From positions 1-55,090 of the forward strand of contig JAJVUU010000002.1 of the NCBI GenBank assembly GCA_021621525.1: a DNA stretch of 55,090 nt, given 5' to 3'. Every line of letters starts with the position of its first letter. The stretch's first letter is position 1. This stretch comes from Bacillales bacterium. Its GTDB lineage: Bacteria > Bacillota_I > Bacilli_A > RFN20 > CAG-288. The notes below the pieces were generated by a model. That model was given only the letters and a program-made list of their open reading frames with translations. It was not told where the DNA came from and ran no database searches. The translations under genes and the position numbers were made by a program. This document shows positions 42,738 to 52,576 of this stretch, piece by piece.

Positions 42738-43529
42738 ATGGGTCAGAAAGTCAATCCAAACGGTTTACGTTTAGGCATCAACCGCGACTGGTCCAGTCAC
42801 TGGTATGCCGATAAGAAGACCTTTGCTTCCTATCTTGAAGAAGACATCAAGATCAGAAAGTATCTTGAACCTCTTCTCAACAAGATCGATGCCGGTCTTT
42901 CCCACATCGATATCGAGAGAATCAAGAACAACATCACCATCTCCCTCTTCGTCTCTCATCCTGCCATTGTCTTAGGCAAGGACAATGCCCAGATCAAGGA
43001 GATCACCAGCAAGGTTTCCAAGATCCTCAAGAAGGATCCCAAGACCATCAAGTTCTCCATCGTCGAAATCAAGAATCCTGATCTCGATGCCATGCTCGTT
43101 GCCAAGGACATCGCCAAGCAGCTCCAGGAAAGAGCTTCTTACAGAGTTGTCCAGAAGAAGGCCCTTCAGAGAGTCATGAGAGCCGGCGCCCTCGGTTGCA
43201 AGACGATGACCAAGGGACGTATCGGTGGTGCTGAAATTGCCCGTTACGAAGAATATCGTGAAGGCGTTCTCGGTCTCCATACCCTCCGTCAGCCTATCGA
43301 CTATGCCTACACTCCATGCCAGACCACCTATGGCGTCATCGGCGTCAAGGTTTGGATCGCTCTTCCTGAGAACTATCAGGAACTGAGAGACCGCCGTCCT
43401 GATCAGGGACGTTTCGGCCGTGGCCGTTTCAACAAAGGCGGCCGTCCGAACAACCGTGGCAACCGTCCAGCCCCTCAGGCTACTCCGAGCGAAAGCAAGG
43501 ATGCAGCTCCTGAACAGAAAGGAGAATAA
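42738..43529 (+). CDS. rpsC: 30S ribosomal protein S3 (with a basic/Pro-rich C-terminal extension)
   Basis: MGQKVNPNGLRLGI.RDW.S.WYA motif and KH domain. Confidence 0.97.
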   Translation: MGQKVNPNGLRLGINRDWSSHWYADKKTFASYLEEDIKIRKYLEPLLNKIDAGLSHIDIERIKNNITISLFVSHPAIVLGKDNAQIKEITSKVSKILKKDPKTIKFSIVEIKNPDLDAMLVAKDIAKQLQERASYRVVQKKALQRVMRAGALGCKTMTKGRIGGAEIARYEEYREGVLGLHTLRQPIDYAYTPCQTTYGVIGVKVWIALPENYQELRDRRPDQGRFGRGRFNKGGRPNNRGNRPAPQATPSESKDAAPEQKGE

Positions 43530-43531
43530 GA

Positions 43532-43951
43532 ATGTTACAACCGAAGAGACAGAAATGGCGTCGCAGCCATTTAGTCAAGCCGAAGGATTTTGCTTCAAGA
43601 TGCAACACCGTCGCCTATGGTGACTATGGACTTGTCGCAACCTGCGGTGGATACATCAACAACCGTCAGATCGAATCTGCCCGTGTTGTCTTATCCAGAT
43701 ACACCAAGAAATTTGGTAAATCCTACATTCGTATCTTCCCTTACCTTGGCATCACCAAGAAACCTGCTGAAGTCCGTATGGGTAACGGTAAAGGTACTGT
43801 CGAGAAGTGGGATGCTGTCGTCGACAAGGGAACTGTCATGTTCGAAATCGGCGGCATTGCTCCGGCTGACTGCATCACTGCTCTCAAGCAGGCCGGATAT
43901 AAGCTCTCTGTCACTACGAGAGTTGTCAAGAAAGGCGAGGAAAACAAATAA
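43532..43951 (+). CDS. rplP: 50S ribosomal protein L16
   Basis: MLQPKR.K.R and IESARV...R......G...IRIFP motifs. Confidence 0.97.
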   Translation: MLQPKRQKWRRSHLVKPKDFASRCNTVAYGDYGLVATCGGYINNRQIESARVVLSRYTKKFGKSYIRIFPYLGITKKPAEVRMGNGKGTVEKWDAVVDKGTVMFEIGGIAPADCITALKQAGYKLSVTTRVVKKGEENK

Positions 43952-44166
43952 TGACTATCGAAGAAGTTAGAAAATTATCTGACAAAGACCTCGCTCAGAA
44001 GGTCTACGAACTCAAGGGCAATCTTCTTACCCTCAGATTCCAGGCCAAGGCCGGTCAGTTGGATAACGGTGCCAAGATCACCGCTTGCCGTAAGGACATC
44101 GCTAGACTCCTCACGGTCGCTCAGGAAAGAAAGAATGCTGCAGCCAAGGATGCTGCCGCTAAGTAA
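43951..44166 (+). CDS. rpmC: 50S ribosomal protein L29
   Basis: Typical L29 sequence L..K..ELK..L..LRFQ.A.GQL.N, plus position. Confidence 0.93.
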   Translation: MTIEEVRKLSDKDLAQKVYELKGNLLTLRFQAKAGQLDNGAKITACRKDIARLLTVAQERKNAAAKDAAAK

Positions 44167-44183
44167 AATGGAGGCTTGAAAAC

Positions 44184-44465
44184 ATGGCTGAAGAATTAGA
44201 TGAAAAGGTCATTAAGGCCTCTAACAGAAGAAGACTTCAGGGAATTGTCGTCTCTGCCAAGATGGAAAAAACCATTGTCGTCGAGACTGAAACCTACAAG
44301 GCTCATCCGATTTACAAGAAGAGAGTCCTTTCCCGCAAGAAGTACAAGGTCGATGACAGAAACTCTGTCGCCAAGGTCGGCGATGTCGTCGTCTTCGAAG
44401 AATGCCGTCCGCTTTCCCACGACAAGCATTTCCGCTTGGTTGAAGTGGTCAAGAAGGGAGAATAA
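44184..44465 (+). CDS. rpsQ: 30S ribosomal protein S17
   Basis: R..LQG.VVS.KM.KT.VV.VE....HP.YKK and GD.V...ECRPLS..K.F.L motifs. Confidence 0.96.
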   Translation: MAEELDEKVIKASNRRRLQGIVVSAKMEKTIVVETETYKAHPIYKKRVLSRKKYKVDDRNSVAKVGDVVVFEECRPLSHDKHFRLVEVVKKGE

Positions 44466-44467
44466 TC

Positions 44468-44842
44468 ATGGTTCAGACTGAAACTAACCTGGTTGTTGCT
44501 GACAACTCCGGTGCTCGTTCTGTCAGAGTCTTCCATCTTATGGGTGGCTCTCACAGAAAATCTGCCAGCGTCGGTGATGTTGTCATCTGCGCTGTCAAGG
44601 ATGCCATCCCGAATGGCAAAGTCAAGAAGAGCGATGTCGTCAAGGGTGTCATCGTTCGCGTCAAGAAGGCTTATCAGAGAAAGGATGGTTCCACCATCCG
44701 TTTCGATGACAATGCCGTCGTCATCATCAACGATGACGGAACCCCAAAGGGTACCCGTGTCTTCGGACCTGTTGCCCGTGAACTTCGTGAAAAGGGCGAT
44801 AAATATATGAAGATCGTCTCTTTGGCTGTCGAAGTTCTTTAG
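44468..44842 (+). CDS. rplN: 50S ribosomal protein L14
   Basis: VADNSGAR and IRFD.NA.V.I motifs. Confidence 0.97.
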   Translation: MVQTETNLVVADNSGARSVRVFHLMGGSHRKSASVGDVVICAVKDAIPNGKVKKSDVVKGVIVRVKKAYQRKDGSTIRFDDNAVVIINDDGTPKGTRVFGPVARELREKGDKYMKIVSLAVEVL

Positions 44843-44860
44843 TCCAGGAGGAACGAAATC

Positions 44861-45169
44861 ATGAAAGTCAAAACTGGTGATACAGTCATCGTCCTCTCCG
44901 GCGACGACAAGGGAAAGACCGGCAAGGTCCTCAAGGCCATGCCGAAGGATAACAAAGTCGTTGTCGAAGGCGTCAATGTCAATAAGAAACATGTCAAGCC
45001 CTCTCAGGCCAATCCGAAGGGAACCATCAAGGATGTAACTCTTCCTATCGATGCTTCCAAGGTTGCTGTTGTCGATCCCAAGACCAACAAGGCTACCAGA
45101 ATCGGTTATATGCTGAAAGATGGCAAGAAGGTCAGAGTCGCCAAGAAGAGCGGCACTGAAATCAAGTAA
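44861..45169 (+). CDS. rplX: 50S ribosomal protein L24
   Basis: KTGDTV.V.SG.DKGK.GKVL (KOW motif), plus position. Confidence 0.96.
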   Translation: MKVKTGDTVIVLSGDDKGKTGKVLKAMPKDNKVVVEGVNVNKKHVKPSQANPKGTIKDVTLPIDASKVAVVDPKTNKATRIGYMLKDGKKVRVAKKSGTEIK

Positions 45170-45180
45170 GGAGATCGAAA

Positions 45181-45792
45181 ATGGCTGAAGAAAAGAAAAA
45201 CGGCGTGTCCGTCAAGAAAGCTCACAATCAGGGCAACCAGAAAGCTGCCTTTGTCTCCCGTCTTGAGCAGAGATATCAGGAAGAAATCGTTCCTGAAATG
45301 ATGAAGGAATTCGGCTACAAGTCCATCATGGAATGCCCGAAGCTTGTCAAGATCGTCCTCAACATGAGACTTGGCGAAGCCGGCGGCAACGAGAAGAACG
45401 TCGAAGAAGCCGTTTCCGAATTGGCCACGATTGCCGGTCAGAAGCCGGTCGTCACCAAGGCCAAGAAGTCCATCGCCAACTTCAAGCTCCGTGAAGGCGT
45501 CCCGGTCGGTGTCAAGGTCACTCTCAGAAGAATTCATATGTTTGATTTCCTCGACAAGTTCATCTCCATCGACCTTCCGCGTGTCAGAGACTTCCGCGGT
45601 ATCTCCAAGGATTCCTTCGATGGACGTGGCAATTATTCCGTCGGTGTCAAGGAACAGTTGATCTTCCCTGAAATCAAGTATGACAAGGTCACCCGTACCC
45701 AGGGTATGGATGTCGTCATTGTCACCACTGCCAAGACCGATAAGGAAGCCGCTGCCCTGCTCACCAAGCTCGGCATGCCCTTCTCTAAGTAA
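45181..45792 (+). CDS. rplE: 50S ribosomal protein L5 (with short N-terminal extension)
   Basis: P.L.KIV.NM..GEA, A.KSIA.FKLREG.P.G.KVTLR and FDGRGNY..G..EQ.IFPEI motifs. Confidence 0.97.
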   Translation: MAEEKKNGVSVKKAHNQGNQKAAFVSRLEQRYQEEIVPEMMKEFGYKSIMECPKLVKIVLNMRLGEAGGNEKNVEEAVSELATIAGQKPVVTKAKKSIANFKLREGVPVGVKVTLRRIHMFDFLDKFISIDLPRVRDFRGISKDSFDGRGNYSVGVKEQLIFPEIKYDKVTRTQGMDVVIVTTAKTDKEAAALLTKLGMPFSK

Positions 45793-45807
45793 TAGGAGGA
45801 AAGATCA

Positions 45808-45996
45808 ATGGCTAGAAAAGCTTTAATCATCAAGTGTGCTGCTCCCAAGAAGCACCCCAAGACCCAGAACTACACCCGCTGCAGCCGCTGCGGAAGAGTC
45901 CATGGCGTCATCAGACAGTTCGGTGTCTGCCGTATCTGCCTCAGAGAAATGGCCTACAATGGCGAAATCCCTGGCATGCACAAGGCCAGCTGGTAA
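45808..45996 (+). CDS. rpsN: 30S ribosomal protein S14 type Z (zinc-binding)
   Basis: 62 aa, MARKALI.K with CSRCGR...CRIC four-Cys zinc ribbon. Confidence 0.96.
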   Translation: MARKALIIKCAAPKKHPKTQNYTRCSRCGRVHGVIRQFGVCRICLREMAYNGEIPGMHKASW

Positions 45997-46014
45997 GGAA
46001 AGGAGAGAAATCAA

Positions 46015-46416
46015 ATGGTTAACGATACTTTGTCTGATTTATTGACCCGTATCCGCAATGCTAACTTAAGCAAAGCCGAAGAAGTTTCTCTTCCGACTTT
46101 CAAGCTCGGTGAAAAGGTTGCCAAGATTTTAAAGGAAGAAGGCTTCATCGCCGACTTCTCCGTCAAGGCTGAAGAAGGCAAGCCTTCCAAGACTTTGACC
46201 ATCAAGATGAAATATGATTCCAAGAACAACCGTGTCATCACGGGTATCAAGAGAATCTCTAAGCCGGGTCTCCGTGTCACTGTTCCTGCTGACAAGCTTC
46301 CGAAGGTCCTCAACGGCCTCGGCATCGCCATTGTCTCCACTTCCAACGGTGTCATGACTGACAAGGCTGCCAGAAAGCTCAACGTCGGCGGCGAAGTGCT
46401 TGCCTACGTTTGGTAA
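46015..46416 (+). CDS. rpsH: 30S ribosomal protein S8
   Basis: D.L.DLLTRIRNA and SKPGLRV motifs with C-terminal GGE.L.YVW. Confidence 0.97.
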   Translation: MVNDTLSDLLTRIRNANLSKAEEVSLPTFKLGEKVAKILKEEGFIADFSVKAEEGKPSKTLTIKMKYDSKNNRVITGIKRISKPGLRVTVPADKLPKVLNGLGIAIVSTSNGVMTDKAARKLNVGGEVLAYVW

Positions 46417-46429
46417 GGAGGATAGGGAA

Positions 46430-46978
46430 ATGTCTAGAATCGGTAGAGAACCTATTGCAATTCCGGAAGGCGTCACCGTCACTTTCGATGGTAGCAAGGC
46501 TACTGTCAAGGGAAAGCTCGGCGAACTTACCCAGACCTTCAACAAGCACCTTTCCTTCGACGAGAAGGATGGTCACATCCATGTCACCCGTCCGAATGAT
46601 ACCATCTCCATGCGTATGAACCACGGCACTGCCCGTGCCATTCTTGCCGACATGATCAAGGGTGTCAACGAAGGCTTCAAGAAGGTCCTTGAAGTCAAGG
46701 GTGTCGGTTACAGAGCCGAAATGAAGGGCAACGATCTTGTCCTCTATGTCGGTCATTCCCATCCGGATGTCATCCACGCCGTGGAAGGCATCAAGATGAG
46801 CATCGATACCAAGAATATGTTCATCATCGTCGAAGGTATCGACAAGCAGAAAGTCGGCCAGGTCGCTGCCGTCATCCGTGACGTCAGAAAGCCGGAATGC
46901 TATCATGGCAAGGGTATCCGCTATCAGGGTGAAGTCGTCACTCTTCGTCAGCCTGCCTCCGCCAAGAAGTCCGCTTAA
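46430..46978 (+). CDS. rplF: 50S ribosomal protein L6
   Basis: MSRIGREPI.IP.GV.V start with an AAGGAGG SD. KGVGYRA and EPYKGKGI-like (ECYHGKGIRY) motifs. Confidence 0.96.
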   Translation: MSRIGREPIAIPEGVTVTFDGSKATVKGKLGELTQTFNKHLSFDEKDGHIHVTRPNDTISMRMNHGTARAILADMIKGVNEGFKKVLEVKGVGYRAEMKGNDLVLYVGHSHPDVIHAVEGIKMSIDTKNMFIIVEGIDKQKVGQVAAVIRDVRKPECYHGKGIRYQGEVVTLRQPASAKKSA

Positions 46979-46993
46979 AAGGAGAGATGAAAC

Positions 46994-47350
46994 ATGTATA
47001 GCGCATTCAATAAGAACAAGCAGAGATTGCATCGCCACATCAGAATCAGAGCCAAGGTCAAGGGCACTGCCGATCGTCCGAGAATCTCTGTCTTCCGTTC
47101 CAATAAATTCATCTATGCCGCTTTGGTCGACGATACCACCGGTAAGACTTTGGCTGCTTCCAGCAGCGCAAAGCTCGGCTTGGACAATCCGTCCAACTGC
47201 GAGGCCGCTGCCAAGGTCGGTGCTGATTTAGCCGCCAAGGCCAAGGCCCTCAATATTGCCAAGGCTGTCTTCGATCGTTCCGGATATCTCTATCACGGAC
47301 AGGTCAAGGCTTTGGCCGATGCCTGCAGAGAAGCAGGCTTAGCCTTCTAA
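46994..47350 (+). CDS. rplR: 50S ribosomal protein L18
   Basis: RH.RIR.K..GT..RPR..VFRSNK.IYA..VDD and FDR.GY.YHG.VKALAD.AREAGL.F motifs. Confidence 0.96.
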   Translation: MYSAFNKNKQRLHRHIRIRAKVKGTADRPRISVFRSNKFIYAALVDDTTGKTLAASSSAKLGLDNPSNCEAAAKVGADLAAKAKALNIAKAVFDRSGYLYHGQVKALADACREAGLAF

Positions 47351-47363
47351 GGAGAAATAGAAA

Positions 47364-48032
47364 ATGGCTGAAGAATTAAAAGAGAACGTCGCTCCGGTCG
47401 CTGAGACCGAAGTCAAGGCTGAAGCCGCCCAGGGCGGTGAGAAGTCTGCTGCCAATGCTAAGGGAAACAAGCGTTTCGGCAATGGCGGTCGCCGTTTCAA
47501 CCGTGACAGAAATGGTCGCGGAAGAAAAGAAGAGAAGCTTTACGAGGAAAGAGTCATCAAGATCTCCAGAGTCGCAAAGACCGTCAAGGGTGGCAAGCGT
47601 GTCCGCTTCACGGCCCTTGTCGTCATCGGTGATGGAAAAGGCAAATTCGGTTATGGTCTGGGCAAGTCCAGCGAAGTACCGGATGCCATCAAGAAGGCCT
47701 TAGCCGTCGCCAAGAAGAACATGTTCAAGATCAGCATCTCCAAGGGTGATACCATCGCCCACACGACCATGGGTCATTTCGGTGCTACCCAGGTCTTCCT
47801 GAAGCCGGCTCCGGCCGGTACCGGACTTGTCGCCGGTGGTGCTGTCCGTTCCATTCTTGAACTTGCCGGTGTCAAGAACGTCTATTCCAAGATCTATGGC
47901 GCCAGGACACAGGGCAATGTCGTCAAGGCTACCATCGAAGGCCTCCAGCAGCTCAAGTCCTATGACAAGGTTGTTGAAGTCCGTTATGGCAAGAAGCCGG
48001 CCGTCGAAGCCGAAACTTCCTCAGCCAAGTAA
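47364..48032 (+). CDS. rpsE: 30S ribosomal protein S5 (with a ~55-aa N-terminal extension)
   Basis: Core ERVI.I.RV.K.VKGG...RF.ALVV.GD..G..G.G.GK. Confidence 0.96.
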   Translation: MAEELKENVAPVAETEVKAEAAQGGEKSAANAKGNKRFGNGGRRFNRDRNGRGRKEEKLYEERVIKISRVAKTVKGGKRVRFTALVVIGDGKGKFGYGLGKSSEVPDAIKKALAVAKKNMFKISISKGDTIAHTTMGHFGATQVFLKPAPAGTGLVAGGAVRSILELAGVKNVYSKIYGARTQGNVVKATIEGLQQLKSYDKVVEVRYGKKPAVEAETSSAK

Positions 48033-48047
48033 TAGGAGGATTGAATC

Positions 48048-48569
48048 ATGGAATTGAATGAACTCAAAATCGCTGAAGGTTCCCGTCATCTTCCCAAGAA
48101 AGTCGGCCGTGGCTTAGGCTCCGGCATGGGCAAGACTTCTACCCGTGGTCAGAAAGGTCAGGGTGCCAGACAGGGACGCAAGGTCCCGATCGGATTCGAA
48201 GGTGGTCAGTTGCCACTTTACAGACGTATTCCGAAGCATGGCTTTGTCAATTATGGCAGAGTGGAGTATACTATTGTGAAGCTTGGCGACTTGGATGCCG
48301 CTTTTGCCGATGGTACCACTGTCAATGACACTGCCTTGGTTTTTGCCGGCCTTGTCAGAAATCTCAACAATCCTGTCAAGATTCTTGGCAATGGCACTCT
48401 CACCAAGAAGCTGAACGTCACCGTCCAGGCTTTCACGAAGTCTGCCAAGGAAGCCATCGAGAAGGTCGGAGGCACCACTGCCACCGAATCTCTGCATGAT
48501 GCCAGAGTCACCTTCAACAAGAGCTTGGCTTCTTTGGATCAGGACCAGTCTGAAAACGAGGGTGAATAA
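48048..48569 (+). CDS. rplO: 50S ribosomal protein L15 (with C-terminal extension)
   Basis: L..L....GS....KRVGRG.GSG.GKT..RG.KGQ..R motif. It follows rpsE after only 15 nt, with no rpmD between them. Confidence 0.96.
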   Translation: MELNELKIAEGSRHLPKKVGRGLGSGMGKTSTRGQKGQGARQGRKVPIGFEGGQLPLYRRIPKHGFVNYGRVEYTIVKLGDLDAAFADGTTVNDTALVFAGLVRNLNNPVKILGNGTLTKKLNVTVQAFTKSAKEAIEKVGGTTATESLHDARVTFNKSLASLDQDQSENEGE

Positions 48570-49909
48570 TGAAAAAGGTAGCCGCATTTTTCCATAACAA
48601 GGACGTGTTGAATCGTATTCTATTTACGTTGGCCATTTTCCTTGTCTTCCGAATTGGGTCGGCTATCACCGTTCCAGGTGTTACTGTCAGCTCTAACATC
48701 TGGGACGATACTACTTCGGCCTTCTCCCTTCTGAACATGATGGGCGGAGGTGCGTTGCAGAATTTCTCTATTCTTGCTCTCGGTGTTTCGCCGTATATCA
48801 CGGCTCAGATCATCATCCAGCTGCTTTCCATGGACGTTCTCCCTGCCTTGACCAATATGACCAAGGAAGGCGAGACGGGAAGGAAGAAGCTGGACGTCGT
48901 TACCCGTATCCTGTCTGTTGCCCTTGCAGCAGTCCAGGCCTACGGCATCATCGTTGCCTTGAAGAACAGTTCGGGCATCACCCTCAAAGACGATTCGGCC
49001 TGGGGTTATACGAAGATTATCGTCTTCATGATCGCAGGTACGATGATTCTCACCTGGTTAGGTGACCAGATTACGGACAAAGGTATCGGAAACGGTATCT
49101 CCGTCCTCATCTTCGAGGGTATCATCTCGTCCCTTCCGTCTCAGATCAGCAATGCCTTCTCCTCCTACCTTGGCGACAAGGTACAGCAAGGCGATGCTTC
49201 CCTGATTCTCGAAGGCGCCGTCCAGATCACCGTCTATCTTCTTGCTTTGATATTGATTGTCGTCTTTGTTACATTCATTGAGAAATCCGTCAGGAAACTG
49301 CCGGTTTCACACTCCAACACTTCCCAGTCGAACGAACTTTCATCCCAGCAGGCCAGTTTCCTGCCAATCAAGGTGAATGCTAGTTCGGTCATGCCGGTCA
49401 TCTTCGCATCTTCCATCATGGTTGCTCCAAGTATCATCATCTCGCTCTTCAGTAACGGAAATCCTCCGGCTTGGGCACAGAAGATTGAAGAGGTGTTCAA
49501 TTATCAGTCGATGACGACCATGGGAGACAGCTTCAGCTTCCCGTGGGGCCCGATCATCTACGCTGTATTGATCATCGCCTTCTCTTACTTCTATGCTCAG
49601 CTTGAAATCAATCCGGAACGAATTGCCGAGAACTTCCAGCAGTCCGGTACCTATATTACCGGAATCAAACCTGGTGTCGAAACGGAAAGATACATTTCCA
49701 AGGTCCTCAACCGCATCACTTTCATCGGTTCCATGGCCTTGATGGTTATCGCTCTCATCCCCGTCATCCTTTCCTTGACAGGAGCAGTCCCGACGAGCTT
49801 GTCTCTCGGCGGAACCGGTCTTATCATCGTCGTCGGTGTCGCCCTTGAAATCAATAATCAGATCAATGGTATCCTTGCCGGTCAGGGATTTGCAGAAAGT
49901 GAAATGTAA
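48569..49909 (+). CDS. secY: preprotein translocase subunit SecY
   Basis: 446 aa with 10 TM segments, LGV.PYITA.II.QLL and GIGNGIS.LIF motifs. Confidence 0.96.
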   Translation: MKKVAAFFHNKDVLNRILFTLAIFLVFRIGSAITVPGVTVSSNIWDDTTSAFSLLNMMGGGALQNFSILALGVSPYITAQIIIQLLSMDVLPALTNMTKEGETGRKKLDVVTRILSVALAAVQAYGIIVALKNSSGITLKDDSAWGYTKIIVFMIAGTMILTWLGDQITDKGIGNGISVLIFEGIISSLPSQISNAFSSYLGDKVQQGDASLILEGAVQITVYLLALILIVVFVTFIEKSVRKLPVSHSNTSQSNELSSQQASFLPIKVNASSVMPVIFASSIMVAPSIIISLFSNGNPPAWAQKIEEVFNYQSMTTMGDSFSFPWGPIIYAVLIIAFSYFYAQLEINPERIAENFQQSGTYITGIKPGVETERYISKVLNRITFIGSMALMVIALIPVILSLTGAVPTSLSLGGTGLIIVVGVALEINNQINGILAGQGFAESEM

Positions 49910-49912
49910 ACA

Positions 49913-50584
49913 ATGACTACTGAAAACAAAGAATTGAATATCATTCTGATGGGTCCCCCTGCCGCTGGCAAGGGTACCCAGTCGGAATTGATTGTCAGCA
50001 ACTTCGCCGTTCCACACATTTCGACCGGCGATATGCTGCGCAGTGCTGTTTCCGATAAGACTCCATTGGGCTTGAAAGCCGCTGAATACATGAATGCCGG
50101 AAAGCTTGTTCCGGATGATGTCATCATCGGCCTTGTCGAAGAACGCATCTCCAAGGATGACTGCAGGAAGGGTTTCCTTCTTGACGGATTCCCGAGAACC
50201 ATTCCTCAGGCTGAAGCCCTGGATACGATGCTTGCAAAGCTGGGAAGGAAAATCAACTCCGTCATCCTTCTGACGGCAGATGATGAAGTACTGACCGGCC
50301 GTATCACATCAAGGCGTGTGTGTCCCAACTGTGGCGCCAGCTACAACATCAACACCAAGAAACCGAAGGTCGAAGGTGTATGCGACAGCTGCGGTGCAAC
50401 CCTGATACAGCGCAAGGATGACAATGCGGAAGCTTTCAAGGTACGTCTGAAGGCCTATGCCGACCAAACATTCCCGATTGCCGATTATTACGCCAAGAAA
50501 GGCGTCGTGAGTGAAGTCAATGCCCTCCAGTCTATCGATGAAGTCTTTGCAGACGTTAAGAAGGCTCTCTCAGAGGCGGAATAA
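49913..50584 (+). CDS. adk: adenylate kinase (zinc-lid type)
   Basis: P-loop GPPAAGKGTQ. The lid reads CPNCGASYN...CDSCG (four Cys). Confidence 0.96.
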   Translation: MTTENKELNIILMGPPAAGKGTQSELIVSNFAVPHISTGDMLRSAVSDKTPLGLKAAEYMNAGKLVPDDVIIGLVEERISKDDCRKGFLLDGFPRTIPQAEALDTMLAKLGRKINSVILLTADDEVLTGRITSRRVCPNCGASYNINTKKPKVEGVCDSCGATLIQRKDDNAEAFKVRLKAYADQTFPIADYYAKKGVVSEVNALQSIDEVFADVKKALSEAE

Positions 50585-51390
50585 TGATCATCATCAAAAC
50601 CAAACGAGAAATGGAAAAGATGGTGGAAGCTGGAAACAAGCTTGGTCCGATTTTTGACCTTTTGGCTCAGGAAATCAGGCCTGGACGTTCCACTGCCGAA
50701 ATCGACAAACTTGCTGAAAAGTTTATCCGGGACACCGGTGGTAAGCCGAACTTCTCTCTGGAGGAAGGCTATCATTGGGCAGTGTGTGCATCCGTCAATT
50801 CCACTTTGATTCATGGCATTCCGTCGAAAAGTGTAGTCTTGCAGGAAGGCGACATTCTCTCCATCGACATGGGAAACCTTGACAGCAACGGTTTCAATGG
50901 CGATGCCTGCAGAACGTTCGCCGTAGGAAATATCTCCGATGAAGCGAAACGGCTCATCCGTTGCACCGAAGAATGTTTCTGGGAGGCTTTCAAGGTTCTC
51001 AAGCCTGGTCGCCATCTGTATGAAATCAGTATGGCCATTCAGAGAACCGCCGATAAATATGGCTACTCGCTCGTCAAAGAGTATGGTGGCCATGGCATCG
51101 GAAAAGAGATGCATGAAGATCCGTTCATCTACAATTACTACTCTCCGGAAATGGGACTCGGCCCCTATCTGAGAGAAGGCATGTGTCTTGCCATCGAACC
51201 CATGGTCATGTCCGGAAAAAGTGATATCATCACTGAAAAGGACGGCTGGGGCGTCGTATCAGCCGATCATAAGCTGACCTGTCACTATGAGAATGATGTC
51301 GTCATCACTTCTGATGGGGCAGTCGTTACGTCGGTTGACTCCAATGTCAAACGACATCTAAAAGAATTGGAGAATGAAAGCAAAGAATGA
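50584..51390 (+). CDS. map: type I methionine aminopeptidase
   Basis: IKT..E...M..AG, metal ligands D..D, GHGIG...HE and a later E, plus position. Confidence 0.95.
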   Translation: MIIIKTKREMEKMVEAGNKLGPIFDLLAQEIRPGRSTAEIDKLAEKFIRDTGGKPNFSLEEGYHWAVCASVNSTLIHGIPSKSVVLQEGDILSIDMGNLDSNGFNGDACRTFAVGNISDEAKRLIRCTEECFWEAFKVLKPGRHLYEISMAIQRTADKYGYSLVKEYGGHGIGKEMHEDPFIYNYYSPEMGLGPYLREGMCLAIEPMVMSGKSDIITEKDGWGVVSADHKLTCHYENDVVITSDGAVVTSVDSNVKRHLKELENESKE

Positions 51391-51605
51391 GCAGAGAAGA
51401 TTTCATTAAGATGGAGGGAACGGTTCTCGATTCCCTGCCCGGCGAGAAGTTTTCGGTACAACTCGACGGTGGCGCCGTAATCCGCGCCAGGGTTTCCGGC
51501 AAAATGAGGATGAACAAGATTCATATTCTCCCCGGAGACAAGGTTACGGTTGAAATCTCTCCTTATGATGTCACAAATGGCTGCATCGTGTACCGATTCA
51601 AGTAA
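51387..51605 (+). CDS. infA: translation initiation factor IF-1
   Basis: 72 aa with an S1-like fold (GKMR.N.I.ILPGD.V.VE.SPYD...G.I.YR.K). ATGA overlap with map. Confidence 0.96.
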   Translation: MSREDFIKMEGTVLDSLPGEKFSVQLDGGAVIRARVSGKMRMNKIHILPGDKVTVEISPYDVTNGCIVYRFK

Positions 51606-51632
51606 AGAAGACTTTTAAAGGAGAACTTAACA

Positions 51633-51746
51633 ATGAAAGTTAGAGCTTCAGTTAAGCCGATCTGCGATAAGTGCAGAGTTATTAAGCGTAAGGGACGTGT
51701 CATGGTCATCTGCTCCAATCCAAAGCATAAGCAGAGACAGGGTTAA
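51633..51746 (+). CDS. rpmJ: 50S ribosomal protein L36 (zinc-binding form)
   Basis: Below the ORF-track length cut-off. Manual translation gives [45 protein letters not shown] lies upstream. Confidence 0.95.
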   Translation: MKVRASVKPICDKCRVIKRKGRVMVICSNPKHKQRQG

Positions 51747-51766
51747 AGAAAGGACATCGGATAAAT

Positions 51767-52141
51767 ATGGCTCGTATTGCAGGCGTTGATATTCCGAACG
51801 ACAAGCAGTTGGTCTATTCCCTCCGTTACATCTATGGTATCGGACTTACCACAGCCAAGAAAATTGTCGTCGATGCTAAAGTTGATGGCACCAAGCGTGT
51901 CAAAGATTGTTCTGAAGAAGAACTGACTGCCGTCAGAAACGAAGTCGCCAAGTATGTCGTCGAAGGTGACCTCCGCAGACAGTATGCTCTTGATATCAAG
52001 AGACTTGAAGAAATCGGTACCTATCGTGGTCAGAGACATAAGAAGAACCTTCCTTGCCGTGGCCAGAGAGACAAGACCAATGCTCGTACCTGCAAGGGTC
52101 CGAGAAAGACTGTTGCCAACCATAAGAAAGCAACAATGTAA
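51767..52141 (+). CDS. rpsM: 30S ribosomal protein S13
   Basis: [11 protein letters not shown] and G.YRG.RH...LP.RGQR.KTNART.KG motifs. Confidence 0.97.
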   Translation: MARIAGVDIPNDKQLVYSLRYIYGIGLTTAKKIVVDAKVDGTKRVKDCSEEELTAVRNEVAKYVVEGDLRRQYALDIKRLEEIGTYRGQRHKKNLPCRGQRDKTNARTCKGPRKTVANHKKATM

Positions 52142-52159
52142 TCGGGAGGATAGAATAAA

Positions 52160-52552
52160 ATGGCTGATAAAAAGACTACTATCAGAAAGAAGAAGGCAAA
52201 GCTTAACTTTACCAAGGGTGTTGCTCACATCCATGCGACTTTCTCCAACACCATCATTTCTATCTCTGATGAACAGGGTAGAGTCATCGCTTGGGCCAGC
52301 GCTGGTACTTCCGGTTATTCCGGAAGCAGAAAGTCCACTCCTTTTGCTGCCCAGATCGCTGCAACCAATGTTGCCAAGACCTGCTTTGATCGTGGATTGA
52401 GAAGTGTCGATGTCGAAATCAAGGGTCCTGGCCCGGGCAGAGAAACTGCTACCAGAGCTTTGGAAGCTGCCGGTCTTAAGGTCCTTTCCATCGCTGATGT
52501 CACTCCGATTCCGCATAACGGCTGCCGTCCGGCCAAGAAGCCTCGCGGTTAA
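52160..52552 (+). CDS. rpsK: 30S ribosomal protein S11
   Basis: G.AHI.ATFNNTI..I.D..G.....S.G and V...KGPG.GRE.A.RAL..AGL motifs. Confidence 0.97.
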   Translation: MADKKTTIRKKKAKLNFTKGVAHIHATFSNTIISISDEQGRVIAWASAGTSGYSGSRKSTPFAAQIAATNVAKTCFDRGLRSVDVEIKGPGPGRETATRALEAAGLKVLSIADVTPIPHNGCRPAKKPRG

Positions 52553-52576
52553 AGAATAGCGGAAAGGAGAGCTAGA

